A DNA stretch of 64,000 bases from the human T2T-CHM13v2.0 reference genome, Homo sapiens: the NCBI RefSeq assembly GCF_009914755.1, contig NC_060937.1, one strand, 5' to 3'. Below are positions 42,380 to 55,869 of this stretch, one piece after another (positions within the stretch are counted from its first letter, which is position 1; each line of letters starts with the position of its first letter). The translations under genes and the position numbers were made by a program. The notes beneath the pieces were generated by a model. That model ran no database searches and was not told the DNA's origin. It was given only the letters and a program-made list of their open reading frames with translations.

Positions 42380-43050
42380 AGGGACGATTTCTGCCTGAGG
42401 GAGTCAGAGAAGGTGTCTGGTGTAGGTAACTTCTGAGATGAGGTTCGTGGGGTGAGGGGCTCGCCAAGAGAGGAAACACAGGGATGGGAGGGGGTGACAA
42501 GAGCATTCCTGTTGTAGGTTCACCCCACGGCATGAATCGTGAGACTCCAAGGTAGGTTTTGTGGGGTGCAGTGGTGACCTGCTGTGGCTGCAGCATAAGG
42601 GAGGGGTAGGGAAGGAAAGTGGAAATGTGGATTGGGGTGAGAGTGGGAAGAATCTTCTATCAGTGCAAGAATCTTCTATCAGTGCAAGTAAGTACATATT
42701 CTATGTAGACGGAGTGGGAACTTTTACTCAGTGGGATGACATGGTCACATACCTGTTTGGAGAAGCTAGCTCTGTTGGCTTCAGAGTATGGATTGAAACT
42801 GGGGAGAGACTGGGGGAGGGGAATGACATAGGCATGTGTATGGCTGATGCAGAGGACCTGAGCTAAGGCAGTAATATGCAATCGAGATGCTGGATTTGAA
42901 ATAAAATTCAGAGACAGAAGCAACTGGGCTTAGAAAACGCAGCAAAAAAAGGGGCTGACCCTGAGATCTTGAACTTAGGGATCTAGGAGATGGTTTTGCC
43001 ATGAACAAAGGGAATGCAGGCAGGGGGCAGGTTGGATTAGTAGGGAGAGA
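42380..43050 (-). mobile_element. L2 fragment
   Basis: GATGACATGGTCACATACCTGTTTGGAGAAG...GGATTGAAACTGGGGAGAGACTGGG. Confidence 0.6.
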
Positions 43051-43486
43051 TGATTCTAAATGGTGGAGCCCATACTCCAACTCAACGCAAATACAGAAAC
43101 ACCTCTATTTCCAGCATCTGAGCCTCTCCCAGGATGATCACCGTTACTGACAGAGCCTCAGAAGGCTTTTTTCCCTCAATAGAAGCATATCTTTTGGAAC
43201 AATTTTAGATTTACAGAAACTTGTGAAGATAGTATAGCAATTTTCTATATACTATGCATCTAATTTCTATTATTAACATCTTAGATCAGTATGGTAAATT
43301 TGTTACAATTAATGAAACAATCTTGATTTATTATTTTAACTAAAGTCTGCAGTTTATTAAGATGTCCTTAGTTTTTACCTAATGTCCTTTTTTTCTGTGC
43401 CAGGATCTCATCTAGGATACCACAGTACATTTAGTTATCATGTTTTCTTAGGATCCTCCTGGTTGTGACGCTTTCTCTAAGTTTCC

Positions 43487-43790
43487 TTTTTTTTTTTTTT
43501 CCTTTTAGAGACAGGGTCTCTCTGTTGTCCATGCTGGAGTGCAGTGGCATGATGTTGGCTCACTGCAGACTTAACCATCTGGGCTCAAGCGATCCTCCCA
43601 CCACCTCAGCCTCTCAAGTAGCTGGGATTTCAGGTACACGCCACCATGCCCAGATAATTTTTGTATTTTTGGTAGAGATAGGGTCTCACTTTGTTGCCCA
43701 GGCTGTTCTTGAATTTCAGGGCTCAAGTGATCCTCCTGCCTTGGCCTCTCAAAGTGCTGAGATTACAGGTGTGAGCCATTGTGCCTGGCC
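43487..43790 (-). mobile_element. AluJ
   Basis: GGGCTCAAGCGATCCTCCC; TSD AAGTTTC. Confidence 0.95.
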
Positions 43791-43974
43791 CAAGTTTCTC
43801 TGTTCTTGACAACCTTGATAGTTTTGAGAATGCCAGGTCAAATACCATCCCTCACTTAGGCTTTTCTTATGATTAGACTGGGCTTATAGGTTTTTGGGAC
43901 AAAGATCACATAGGTAAAGTACAAGTCTCATCACATTATATCAAGGGAGCACACTGCAAATGTGACATAACTAG

Positions 43975-44152
43975 TTGTTTTTTTTTTTTTTTTTTGAGAT
44001 TTTATCTTGCTATGCTGCCCAGACTGGAGTGCAGTGGCTATTCACAGGCATGATCATAGTGCCTTGCAGCCTCAAACTCATGGCATCAAGCAATCCTCCT
44101 GTCCCAGCCTCTTAAGTAGCTGGGAATATAGGTGCAGGCTGCCATGCCTGGC
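43975..44152 (-). mobile_element. FAM (fossil Alu monomer)
   Basis: Monomer that retains the 7SL-derived GTGCAGTGGCTATTCACAGGC segment missing from Alu arms. Confidence 0.9.
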
Positions 44153-44532
44153 AATGATTTATAAGTGATGTTGACCTTGATTACCTGGCTGAGGTAGCGT
44201 TTGTCAGGTTTCTCCACTGAAAAGCTACTTTAAAAAAATCCCTTTTTCATAATGCACTCTTTGGAAAGAAGTCACTATGGGTGGCTCAGAGTTAAGGAGT
44301 AGGGATTGACACTCCACTTCCTTGAGGGTAACATATTTACATAAATCACTTGGAATTTTTCACGCGAGATTTGTTTCTTTTCCCTCGTTCATTAATTTAC
44401 TCAATCACTTATTTATATCAGTATGGACCCATGGACATTTAATTTATACTTTGGGTTATGATACAGTACTACTTTATTCTGTTGCTAAATTGCTTCTGCC
44501 CTGGCCATTGGGAGCTCTTTCAGTTGGCTCCT

Positions 44533-44551
44533 GTGCCAGCAGGGGGCAGTT
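44533..44551 (+). promoter_or_regulatory. Candidate CTCF site next to a forkhead motif
   Basis: GTGCCAGCAGGGGGCAGTT, with TGTAAACA at 44551-44558. Confidence 0.65.
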
Positions 44552-44869
44552 GTAAACATACACTAGGTTGTGGCACCACGGTCTGTGTCAGAGGGAGGGC
44601 TGGGAGCCGTCAGAAGAGCCCTTGAGGTTTGCCTGCAGGAGGCATGGGGAATGGATAGCAGAGGTTGGTGGACCCAGAGTTCTGTGTTTAGCAACTCAAA
44701 GGTTCTGCGGATTCTTAAGCAGGAGGACGACATGAATAGTGTCTTGGATGATTACTTTGGAAGCTCCATGCATTGCGTAGTTTCACTCATTCATTCATTT
44801 AACAAACTTTTAAAAATCCTGTTCTATCACCTGCTGGGGAATGAGGGTGGAACATGATGGGGAAAGAGA

Positions 44870-45030
44870 ACTAACACTTACTGAGAGCCTACCTGCTACA
44901 TGGCATTTTATACACTCAATTCCAGGTAATTCTCATAGCAACCCAGTGAGTTAGACATTGCTTTCAACATTTTATGGCTAAGAAAACTGAGCTTATTCTA
45001 AGAATAGCCAGCTGACATGTACAAAATCTA
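44870..45030 (-). mobile_element. MIR
   Basis: CACTTACTGAGAGCCTAC...TAATTCTCATAGCAACCCAGTGAG...AAAACTGAG. Confidence 0.65.
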
Positions 45031-45039
45031 ACTACCCTG

Positions 45040-45297
45040 CAACTGCTGTCCTGTGAGGTAGCAAAAGCCAACCATATGAGACATCTGACCAATCCCCAGT
45101 GTCTTACCCCAGCACCAGAAATGTAAATAAAGAAACCTTCTGATGATTCCAGTCCCTGCCAGCAAACAACTGCAATTGCACAAGAGACCCTGAGCAAGAA
45201 CCACCCAGCTGAGCCCAGTCAACACTCAGAACTATGAATGATAATAAATTGTTTTATTCCACAGAGTTTTGGAGTAGTTTGCAGCAATATAAAACGG
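45040..45297 (+). mobile_element. MLT1H-like LTR 3' part
   Basis: GAGACCCTGAGCAAGAACCACCCAGCTGAGCCCAGTCAAC...AATAAATTGTTTTA...TTTTGGAGTAGTTTG. Confidence 0.8.
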
Positions 45298-45529
45298 ATA
45301 AGTGGCAAACACAGGTGGTGTTTTTTTCCTCTGCACTATCTTCCCTCTGGTAGTGTCTGCTGTTCTGACAAGGATTCTAGATTGAAGCAAAGAACATGGG
45401 AAGCCATTACATTTATCTATTGAGGATGCCATTTGGGTCTGGCTTGAGCTGGGTTCTTGTGGATGAGAAGAGGCAGAACTAGGTGGCATCTTAAGAGAAC
45501 TTGCATTAGGGCAAGATAGCATTTACATT

Positions 45530-45725
45530 AGTGCATTGTAGAGGGAAAAGATAGTGAGTTTGTTATCAGATAGTATTGAATTAGCAGTTGCTTTCTCACT
45601 TCCTGGTAGTCTAACCTTGGATATCTTCTTTAACTCTGATTCTCAGTTTCCTTGTCTTTACAGTTGGGATGATCTGAGGATAACAACAGATCCAATGAGG
45701 CAAAAGTAGTAAGTACTCAATAATT
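45530..45725 (+). mobile_element. MIR
   Basis: CTCTGATTCTCAGTTTCCTTGTCTTTACAGTTGGGATGAT. Confidence 0.6.
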
Positions 45726-46544
45726 GTGTTCCCACAGTTTTCTAAACATATCTCTATTATAGCACCCATTGCATTGCATTTGAATTGTTTATTTTCCAGT
45801 TTGTCTCCAAAATACTCAAGTCAAGTAGACTCTGAGCTTCCTTAGGAAAGCTTATATTACATATTTTGTATTCTTGCTGATTAGCGCAGTATACAGAACA
45901 GATATAAATAGCTGCTGAATGAAAGAAGGAATTGATGAATCAGTGAGTAAAGATGAATTGTGGAATGAAAGAAGGATAAAAAAATAACTTGAAGGTAACT
46001 AGCCTATTTGGTTTGGGGTTTGAAGGTAGCATCTGTTAAAAGGGGGAAAACCAAGGTGGAAAGAATTCTAAGAACAGTAGAAAGTGATTGGTAGTAATAG
46101 ATGTAATACTAGGCTGAGAAACAGATCTGGCCAAGAAAAAAGTTTCAATGGAGTGTTCAGAAGCCCCAGGTGAAGGTGTTAAGGAAGAAATGGGTGCTGA
46201 AGGAATGGAAGCAGCATTGGAGTCTTCAGGGTTGGCTGGAGATGCCTGTATCCACACATATAGAGTATATGCTTTCTCCCCTGAGGAGTTTATTTAGCAG
46301 AAGGTAGACATATTAGATTGCATGATACTTAAAGAACACATTTCCTATTCATCTAATCATCAAATATTTATGAATCATCCAACGTATTCTAGCAACTGTG
46401 CCCAGCATGGGAACATTGTGCTGATCCAAGTATGTATAATGTTTCCCCCTTATCAAGCATATGTTCAAAAGAGAAGAGAGTCATTGAACAAATTATCAAC
46501 CAAATAAATAGGTAACTATTGATTGAGTTACAACTTGTGAAGAG

Positions 46545-46975
46545 AAAATATAGAGACTGTTCGCTTTTCATCAATTCCATTCTGTCCATCTTTAGTCAGA
46601 GAACGCCTGAGTTTCAGCCAGGAACATGACCAAGCATCTAGCATCTTTTGCAACTTGCCCAAGTGACTAAGTTCTGGCCAATGGTAAATAAACAGAATTA
46701 TTATTATTAATTTTATTATCACTTCCTGAGTGTGCCTCAAAAAGGAATCATGTATATTCTCTTGGTCCTTCCCTGCTTCCTGCTGGCTGGAAGATAATAA
46801 CTGAAACTGCAGCCTTCTACTGCAAGATAGAAACCAGGAGTTGTAGACTGTAGAACTTCCCATATAGTCTTGGACTATGGATTATAATGAGGCAGAAGAA
46901 TGAATTTTCATCTTATTTAAATCATTGTATCTTTTGATCTATTTATTATTGCTGTTTAGCCTATATCTTAACTAG
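46545..46975 (+). mobile_element. MLT1 (J/K-like) LTR, degenerate
   Basis: GTGACTAAGTTCTGGCCAATGG...CTTCCCTGCTTCCTGCTGGCTGGAAG...CTTATTTAAATCATTGTAT. Confidence 0.65.
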
Positions 46976-46993
46976 GAAAACTACTAAAGAGGG

Positions 46994-47412
46994 TGTATTA
47001 GTTTGCTCAGGTTGCTGTAACAAAATACCATAGATTGGATGGTTTAAACAGAGAAATTTATTGTCTTGCAATGCTGGAGGCTGCAAGTCTGGGATCAGGA
47101 TGCCAACATGGTTGGGTTCTGGTATGGGCTCTCTTTTTGGCTTATAGACAGCCACTGTCTTGCTGTGTCCTTACATCATGACTGGGATACAGAGAGAGAG
47201 AGAGAGGGAGAGAGAGAGAGAGAGAGAGCACAAGAACAAGACAGCACTCTGGCCTCTTCTTATAAGGGCACTGATTCCATCATAAGGGCCCCACCCTCAT
47301 GACCTCATCTAACCCTAATCATCTCCCAAAGCCCCCATCTCCAAACATCATCACACTGGGGGCTAAGCCTTCAATATATGAATGTTTGGGGGACACAACT
47401 CAGTTCATAGTA
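46994..47412 (-). mobile_element. MLT1A/B-like solo LTR with internal (GA)n
   Basis: TGTATTAGTTTGCTCAGGTTGCTGTAACAAAATACCATAG...GGGGACACAACTCAGTTCATAG; perfect TSD GAGGG. Confidence 0.9.
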
Positions 47413-48139
47413 GAGGGCAAGGGGAGGACCCAGTTTAAATGGGAGTAAAGGGACAGGAATCTCCCATGAGGAAGTATCTTTGAAGCTGAATGAAGAAGAG
47501 TGCTCCAGATAGAAGGAATAGTGTGTATAAAACCCTTGAAGGGGGAAGGAACTTGATATTTTCAAAGAAGTATGAGGGAAAGCAGGTGAGAAAAGACCGG
47601 GGTAATCCCAAATGAAACAGGAAGTCTCTGATGGGTTTTAAGTAATGGGGTACCATAAACTGATTTGCATTTCCAAAAGCTTCCTCTCTACTGGGGGGAT
47701 TGGAAGGAAAAGGAATGGATGAGGGGGTATCACTCAGCCTCACGGGGGGATGATGGCAACTAGCCCTAGAGCTGTTGTTGGAGCTGGAAAGAAGTGATGA
47801 ATTTGAATGATATTTTGAAAGTAGAACTAACAGGTCTTTTTAATGGATGGGATATGTGTCAGGGAGAAGCAAGGTGCTTTCAGGGTGATCCCCAAGTTTT
47901 GAGAGGGAGGAGACTAGAGGGTAGAAAAAATTGGCAGATTAAGACCACGTGTCCAATGTCTTTTGAAGATGTTATATAGAAAAAGAGCCCCAAATCCAGC
48001 ATTCAGTACCCACCACTGTCGATTATTAGCCATGACCTTGGGGATGTTACAGCTTTACCAACAAAGAAAACAAGGTTTTGAGATTAAGAAACATAAAGTC
48101 AGCATTTTGAACTTAAAATTCACAGAAGTAATATGTCAT

Positions 48140-48350
48140 AGTAGAAAGCATGGGCTGTGAAGACAGGTGTCCAGTTATATTACTTCCTTATTGGGTGACC
48201 TTGAGGAAGTCACTTAAATTACTAGAACCTCAGTTTTCTCATGTGAAAAAAAATTAGTGGGCTTGTCCTGTGGATTAAAAATGATAATTTCTGTAAAACA
48301 GTAGCAGGCTGTCTGGCATGGTAAGTGCCAAGTAGATATATGCTTAATTG
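48140..48350 (+). mobile_element. MIR
   Basis: GTGACCTTGAGGAAGTCACTTAAATT...CCTCAGTTTTCTCATGTGAAAA. Confidence 0.8.
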
Positions 48351-50487
48351 CTCCAAGTAACTTACATTTAGTGTTCAATATGTGTAGAAATCAGATAATT
48401 TAATTGTATATTTATATTCCAAAACTCAGAAAGGGGAAGACTGAGAGACAAATACAGGCTGAATTGCCTGAACTGCAGCAGTCATTACACAGCCCTCTTT
48501 CTTCCCGGGTCTGAATATTGAAACTGGGAAGTGAGTCCCTGAGGGGTATTGGAGTTAGACCCTGTAACTCACTGGTCAACATGTTCTGTTTTACAATTTT
48601 CCAGAAGGTAGCAGTGATCTTCTGGAAAAGTTGTCAAGCACCAATAGTAAGCTCTGAATGCAACTTCAACAGTTGTCATTATTTTTTAGATTTTTCATTT
48701 ATAGAAAGTCCATGCAGCTTCCTGGAATTTGGGGGTATTTGCTCAATGTACTGTGGGGAAGTGGTCTGAGCCTACAGCAAGAACACCACTTTCATAGTTA
48801 ATAACTAAATAGTCAACAAGCGCACCCACTCAAAGGGCAAATCTGGCCAAGGTATTAGGATTTGTACTAAGAAAAATGCCTAAGGTATTTCATGGATATT
48901 TGATGAAAGTACTTGGTCATCACCATGATTTTAAATTCCAGTGACCTGGAAATTCTGAAGGATGATTTCAAAAAAGTTTTTACTCTTTTTCATCTCAGTG
49001 TGTGGTGGATGGTGCAGAATGCATTCCTTCTGTAGAGTTACCCACAGGTGATAGCCTTCTTCTCAGTGTGGCAGAGGGGACATGGTGGGAACCCCTGAGG
49101 TAGCTGGACATTTATCTGGACCTTGGTGAGAGAGCCTGGCCCCTTGGTACTTTGAAAAGATGTGCAGTTTGGATGGAAACCTTTGGAAGTCAACACTGGA
49201 GAAGTGGTGGGACTTTGCCTCCGTGGGGTGTAACTTGATCCTATTGGGAAACAAGGATTTGCCTTTTACAGAGTTTTGCCTCTATCAGATGATAATAATG
49301 AGATTCTTCAGCTTCTCCTTAGGCATTATTCTTGCACCTGTTGCTTGTGGGGCTTGAGTTTTTAATATGCTAGATGCCACTTTATGTCTCATTCCTAGTG
49401 CTGGGTTTTAGCAACACAGAAAGCAGAAAGCCTGACGTTCTACAGCCATATGCTTGCATCGTTACTTAAAGAGAAAGATAGAAAGAGCAGAAAACTCTTG
49501 ATATTTGTTATTTTAATTTTTCAAACAAGAGGAGCAGAGCGAATTTCCACAAGTGAGAACAAAACTAAATCGTGCTGAAGAGAAAATCTATTCTTCTATC
49601 CTTTGGACTTATTTTTTTGTACAAGTAGATCATACGTAGGTTAAAATAATCACAAAACTTGGAATTTATCCAGTTGTATAGTGGGTAATTACAGAGTTGC
49701 TTTGTTTAATGATGTGGTATTTTATAGAAGGGCATTTTTAACCTTTGTCACTAGTGCCAAATGGAAGGGGACACAGCCCTTCATAAAAGGTATCATAATT
49801 CTAATTGCATGTAAAGTTTATTTAGAAGCAATTCATTTTTAAAGACGTGTTCCAGTTTGTGTACTTTGTTTTTAGCGGGTAAATATTGCGGACGTAAATT
49901 GGTTTGTGGTAACAAAAGTAAAGTAAGAGCAAGTGCTTGTTAATAATCTGTTTCACTATTCATATTTCCAAAGTCCAGCTCTGGCTAACAGAGACGCTGC
50001 AAATTCATTTCTAAAACACACGGGAAGGCCTTTATATAATCAAGTGGCTCATTAGAGAAGATCAGAGGATTTCAAAGTACACTTTAAAAATCAGAACTAA
50101 CGTATTGTATTTAAAAACAAGATCAAAGTGGACACCATGTCCAGAGATCTTTTGCATATATTATCCTTCCGTATTATTATCAGAAGTGACTTTCATTGAC
50201 ATTCACTGTAAGTCCATGCACGTACTAATGATAGATTAAACAGTTAAACCACCACATTTATTCATTTGACATGATTATTGGGTGACTTATGTGCAAAGCG
50301 GTGTGAAACCGAATACCACATATAGTGTCTGTCTTTTGTCTTTGAAATGCTGCTACTGAAGTGGCACTTTCAAAAGAGAAGTCATGACACCTTGAATGTT
50401 GTCCTGGGGCCAGGATCATTTAAAATAATTAATAGAAGTGGAAAGTGTATTAAAATTTCTAAAGGCTTTAAAATGTGAATTTAACTA

Positions 50488-50850
50488 AATTCAAACATTT
50501 ATTGAGCACCTCATTCACAAGGTACAGGGCTAGACAAAGTGGGTTGTGCAAAAAGGAATAAATCATGGTCTTTGTCCTTGAGAAGCCTTTGGTTTAACGG
50601 GGAGACAGTATATGCAGATCTATGATATTATAGGAGTTATGAGAAAGTGAGAGACAAGATGCTGCGTGATCACAGAGGTGAGAGGAATTGCTCTGTTCAG
50701 GGGCAGCAGGAAAGGCTTCGTGTGGAGACTGAGTCAGACCCTGAAGCACAGGTTTCAAAGCATGTAATGAGGGAAGAGCCTTCTCCATGAGTACTACTCT
50801 GGACAAAGGATGGAGATGAGGAAGTGCACTGTGCATTTAAGGAAGCATTT
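50488..50850 (-). mobile_element. L2 3' fragment
   Basis: TTCAAACATTTATTGAGCACCT... Confidence 0.7.
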
Positions 50851-50965
50851 CCATGTAGCTGTGCTAAATGTCCCATGAGGGGGATCATTGCATGAATGGC
50901 AGAAAAGGAAGAGGATGAAGTGGAAAGTTTCAGTGATCTGAAAGTGATGATCTGAGTTTATAGTC

Positions 50966-51245
50966 TGATATGGTTTGGCTGTGTCCCCATCCAAATCTCC
51001 GTTTTCGTGACAGTGAGTGAGTTCTCAGGAGATCTGATCGTTTTATAAGGGGCTCTTTCCCCTTTGCTCCTCACTCTTCTCTCTCCTGCTGCCATGTGAA
51101 GAAGGTCCTCTGCCTTCCACCATGACTATAAGTTTCCTGAGGCATCCCACAGCCATGTGGAACTGCGAGTGAATTAAACCTCTTTCCTTTATAAATTATC
51201 CAGTCTTGTAATATTTTTATAGCAGTGTGAGAATGGACTAATACA
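50966..51245 (+). mobile_element. THE1D/MSTA-like solo LTR with internal deletion, inserted in a MIR
   Basis: TGATATGGTTTGGCTGTGTCCCCATCCAAATCTC jumps to GTTTTCGTGACAGTGAGTGAG; ends GGACTAATACA; TSD TAGTC/TAATC. Confidence 0.9.
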
Positions 51246-51339
51246 TAATCCTTCTACTTATTAACCACATGCATTTGGGTGTCATTTACCTTTTGGAACC
51301 TTAGTTTTCTCATGTCTAAAAAGATGTAGTTAATTTCTG

Positions 51340-51740
51340 CCTGGATGGTTAGAATAAGCTAGCTTACACTGCAATAACAAACAAACTGAAATCTCAGGGA
51401 CTTAAAACAATAAAAATAGAATGTTTTCTAACATCAGGGTTTAATTTGGTTTCTAGGGGTGGGAGCTCTGCTGCAGAATGAGTTTTAAGCGCTTCATCTT
51501 GAGATGCTTTTGTCTCCCACACAGGTCTCCACATTCACCACCAGAGGGGAAGAATGAGGGAAAGAGTGTGGGCAATCTTTTAGGGAGCAGGTGTAGAAGT
51601 ACATTAAGTCTGTTCACATTCCATAGACCAGAACCAGTCCCATGGTTCCACCCAGGTGTCAGCGGCTTAGAAATAGAGTCTTCGATGTGCCCAGGAAGAA
51701 AATGAACTGTGTTGGGATACACATGACAGTGCTCTGTGAA
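51340..51740 (-). mobile_element. MLT1 (I/J-like) LTR
   Basis: CTGCAATAACAAACAAACTGAAATCTCAGGGACTTAAAACAATAAAA...CACATTCCATAGACCAGAACCAGTCCCATGG. Confidence 0.7.
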
Positions 51741-53629
51741 TCTCCAATATTACTGTGAAAATAGTTCATAGGGCACTGTGTCTGAAATAATATGTGTGAA
51801 AGGACTAGGGCGATGCAAGTCACTCCTGTCATGTTAGTTTCTTAAGACTGGAAATAGTTACGGGCCAGCCTATCAAGGGTCTTCAATTGTTGTCAATTTG
51901 AGAATTTATAATTTACTTCCTAGGTTATGGGGTTAAAAGCTTTTGAAGAGGGGAGTTACTTGAAAAAAAGTATGCTTGAAGAAGATTGGACAACTACCTA
52001 TAGGGCTGGAGGGTCCTGGGAAAAACTGTAGACAACGGTCTTTCGTGGTTGTTGAGGGACTATAGAGCCTAGACATAAGCCAAAGCCAGGGTTCTGGAAA
52101 GGCAGGCAGGGAAGTAGGAGGATGGCAGCAGACTGAGATATTTTATTTGTCTTTACATCCACAGTATCTTCCACAGAAGCAGTACCTTCACATGCGGTAA
52201 ATAAATGTTGCTGAATGAATCAATAATGACTTAATGAATGGATGAGGAAATGAATTCCATTTTGCAGAACAGTTAATTTTGCATTTGACTTTCTCTCCAT
52301 ATAGATAATAAATCCTTCGAGGTTGGGAATCATTTTTTTTTCATTATGAAAGGTCATGATATGAAGCTAAAATGCACAAATAATTTATGGCTCTGGGTGG
52401 CAGTGAGTCCTCATGCATGCAAATCGGGGAAGAGAAATTTGCAGCTGGGGATTATCCTGGCGGCGCCAAGACTAACAAACAATGGAGGGACAAAGCCCGT
52501 GGACATGGGGAGACTGAATCATTGTGAGATAGGAAAAGAATACTGGCCTATGCAGTTTAAATCTTTTATTGATTTCAGCATGTTTCTCACTCATCAGCAT
52601 GACATTTTAAATAACAAAGTATTCCTTTGTTAAAATCCAGAGGATTATATGAAATAAACACTACTTCATATGAGAAACTCAGAGTTGAAATAAATGAAAA
52701 TTTTAAAACCCTATCCATGATTTTACAAAAGAGAAACTATAAAGATAATTTTGTTTGCTTTTCAACTTTAATGTAATATCTGTGTAAACAGAATGTTATC
52801 TATGTTTGCTGTACTGTAGTGTTTCACTCTATATAATCCTCGGGATTTTAGTAATTTAGTTATTGCTTCTGATAAATCATTTAAACATTTCTTTTGTATT
52901 TTCTCTGTTTCTCTAATGAACTTTTTTAGTCATCTGAATCAGCAGGATTGGTGGTAAAGAATTTCATAAAAATCAGCAAACATCCTCAAAATTGTACAAT
53001 ATAGTTATCAAATCAATTATAAGGTGAAACATTCATTTATTGATTTAATAGACATTGACCGAATATCTTCTATATGATAACATGGTGGTGGTAGGGGGAT
53101 TCAATGGTGAGGTAATGATAGATTAGAATCCTTTTTTTTCAAAACATTGGAGAGCCAGTGCATTGAATTTCTGCCATTCAACAGGCTGAAGCAGATGATG
53201 ACAAACTCTTCCAAATATTTTTGGCCAGTGGAGCTTTTCAATCAATCCTCCCTTCAACTTTAAGGAAACAATATTTGCTTTTTATTTTAGTGTGTACTTG
53301 TAACAATAATTAAGCCGTTTTTCAGCTATAAAATGGCCAACAATCAAAGGGCTATCAAATTTTCCCTGCTTGGCTTCCTAATTCTTTTTGTTTTAGGGTT
53401 AAGAGAAACTTGTCTAGGTATTTTCAGTGTATATATAATATATATGAATGCAGATATAATACACATATTATTACATATAATATATATATTTCATACTAAA
53501 ATGATATGTGTGCAATACTATATTTTCAATGACCTAGAGTGTAATAAGACTCTGAAGGCATTCTTCAGCAAAGTAAATAATGTCTGAATTATAAAGGGTA
53601 AACCTCCAAACTTCTGTGTTCTATTGCAC

Positions 53630-53631
<2 letters not shown>

Positions 53632-53666
<35 letters not shown>

Positions 53667-53682
53667 GCATATATATATATAT
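53632..53682. repeat. (CA)n(TA)n compound microsatellite
   Basis: Directly visible. Confidence 0.95.
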
Positions 53683-54038
53683 TTCAGTATTATGTAAATT
53701 GTTCTTACAACAATTTAGTCAACTAGAGGTTAGGTGTATGAGCTAACATGTTCCTGTGCAATTAATGAATTGAGTTATTATTTTGCAGGTCATTGGAGCG
53801 GAGAACAGATGCATACAAGCCTCTATAGAATTTCACTTTCTTTAGGTGATCAAGGCTAGGATCACAGAATCCTAACCACATAGATATATTTTCAAAGCAA
53901 ATCCAGCTAAAGATTAATTTTACTCATTTGTAATTTTATTTGTTTGTTTATAATAATGCTATAGTGATTTTTAAATGGATTAGACAGAACATTACTCATA
54001 TTAGGAGGAGCAGAACAATGATTCTGGGAAATGTTAAT

Positions 54039-54304
54039 CAGGGTTCCCCAAACAAAGGCTATCTGATCAGATTAGCTGGGACTAGCTAGACTGTATGCTA
54101 CAGTTCCCATTTGGTGATTCAAAATATTGATTGACATTTTAAAGTATCCAGAAGGGCTTCAGTAAAAAAAGTATCGAACTTTGCTTGCCGTTAACAAACT
54201 CACTTAATAGTGCAAGGAAAGTCTATTTTTCTTGGCACAGGATTAATGCTACATTACAAGGAAAACTACAAAGTTTTTCTTTGACACCAGTTTGGGAAGC
54301 ACTG
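54039..54304. mobile_element. hAT-Charlie-type MITE
   Basis: Imperfect terminal inverted repeats CAGGGTTCCCCAAAC and GTTTGGGAAGCACTG enclosing ~265 bp. Confidence 0.6.
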
Positions 54305-54809
54305 CATTAGCTAATTTAGACTATGCTTAATGCTGTTAAAAAATGTAACTCAAAATGAACGTTAAGTCTAAATCGAACACATCGGTTTAGTTTCACAGCT
54401 GTCTGTGAAATCTTTGGCAATGATCTGGCCGTCCTGTTCTACTTGCATTTTCCTAAATGTGTCATGAGGTGATGCCACCATTCCCTGCTATGTGCTTTTC
54501 TTTTTGTCTTCTAGAATGTCCTTACGGCTAACTTACGCAAAGCCTGTATGTCTTAGCTCAAGTGGGACCTGTGAAATAGTTCCCTGACCTCCTCTAAATG
54601 TCGAGAACTGTGTTATTTTACGCCACTTTTGAGCTAACACTTAAGCCTGCCACTGATTCACAGATGCTGATAGAAGACACAACACTCCTGGGTAAGAGAC
54701 AAAGGACTTTTTCCCTCCCTGCATAGCAAGTGGCATGCAATGAATGCTTGTGTCAGTTCCCTTCGTCTCCCAAGTCCCACTGGGGCCACACAGAGTGGTC
54801 CTGGATGTT

Positions 54810-55198
54810 TAATTAGTTATATTTATTTATGTATTTTTATTTATTTATTTATTTTTTAATTTTACTTTAAGTTCTGGGATACATGTGCAGAATGTACAGG
54901 TTTGTTACCTAGGTATACATGTGCCATGGTGGTTTGCTGGATCTATCAACCCGTCATCTAGGTTCTAAGCCCCACATGCATTAGGTGTTTGTCCTAATAC
55001 TCTCCCTTCCCTAGTCCCTCACCCACCGACAGGCCCCAGTGTGTGATGTTTCCCTCCCTGTGTCCATGTGTTCTCCTTGTTCAACTCCTACTTATGAGTG
55101 AGAACATGCGGTGTTTGATTTTCTGTTTCTGTGTTAGTTTACTGAGGATGATGGTTTCTAGCTTCATCTATGTCCCTGTAAAGGATGTGAACTCATTC
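54810..55198 (-). mobile_element. L1PA 3' end (~390 bp)
   Basis: TTTTACTTTAAGTTCTGGGATACATGTGCAG...; 15-bp TSD GTGGTCCTGGATGTT / GGGGCCCTGGATGTT. Confidence 0.95.
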
Positions 55199-55266
55199 GG
55201 GGCCCTGGATGTTGCACGTGTATTTGAGAAACCCTCAGCTTAGGGAACACCAATATTTGGTAATAA

Positions 55267-55869
<603 letters not shown>

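Larger units (their letters stand above)
43170..44535 (-). mobile_element. L1MC-type 3' region, interrupted by an AluJ and a FAM
   Basis: AATTTTAGATTTACAGAAAC...TTAACATCTTAGATCAGTATGGT...TTGTCAGGTTTCTCCACTG...GGCCATTGGGAGCTCTTTCAGTTGGCTCCTGTG. Confidence 0.85.
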
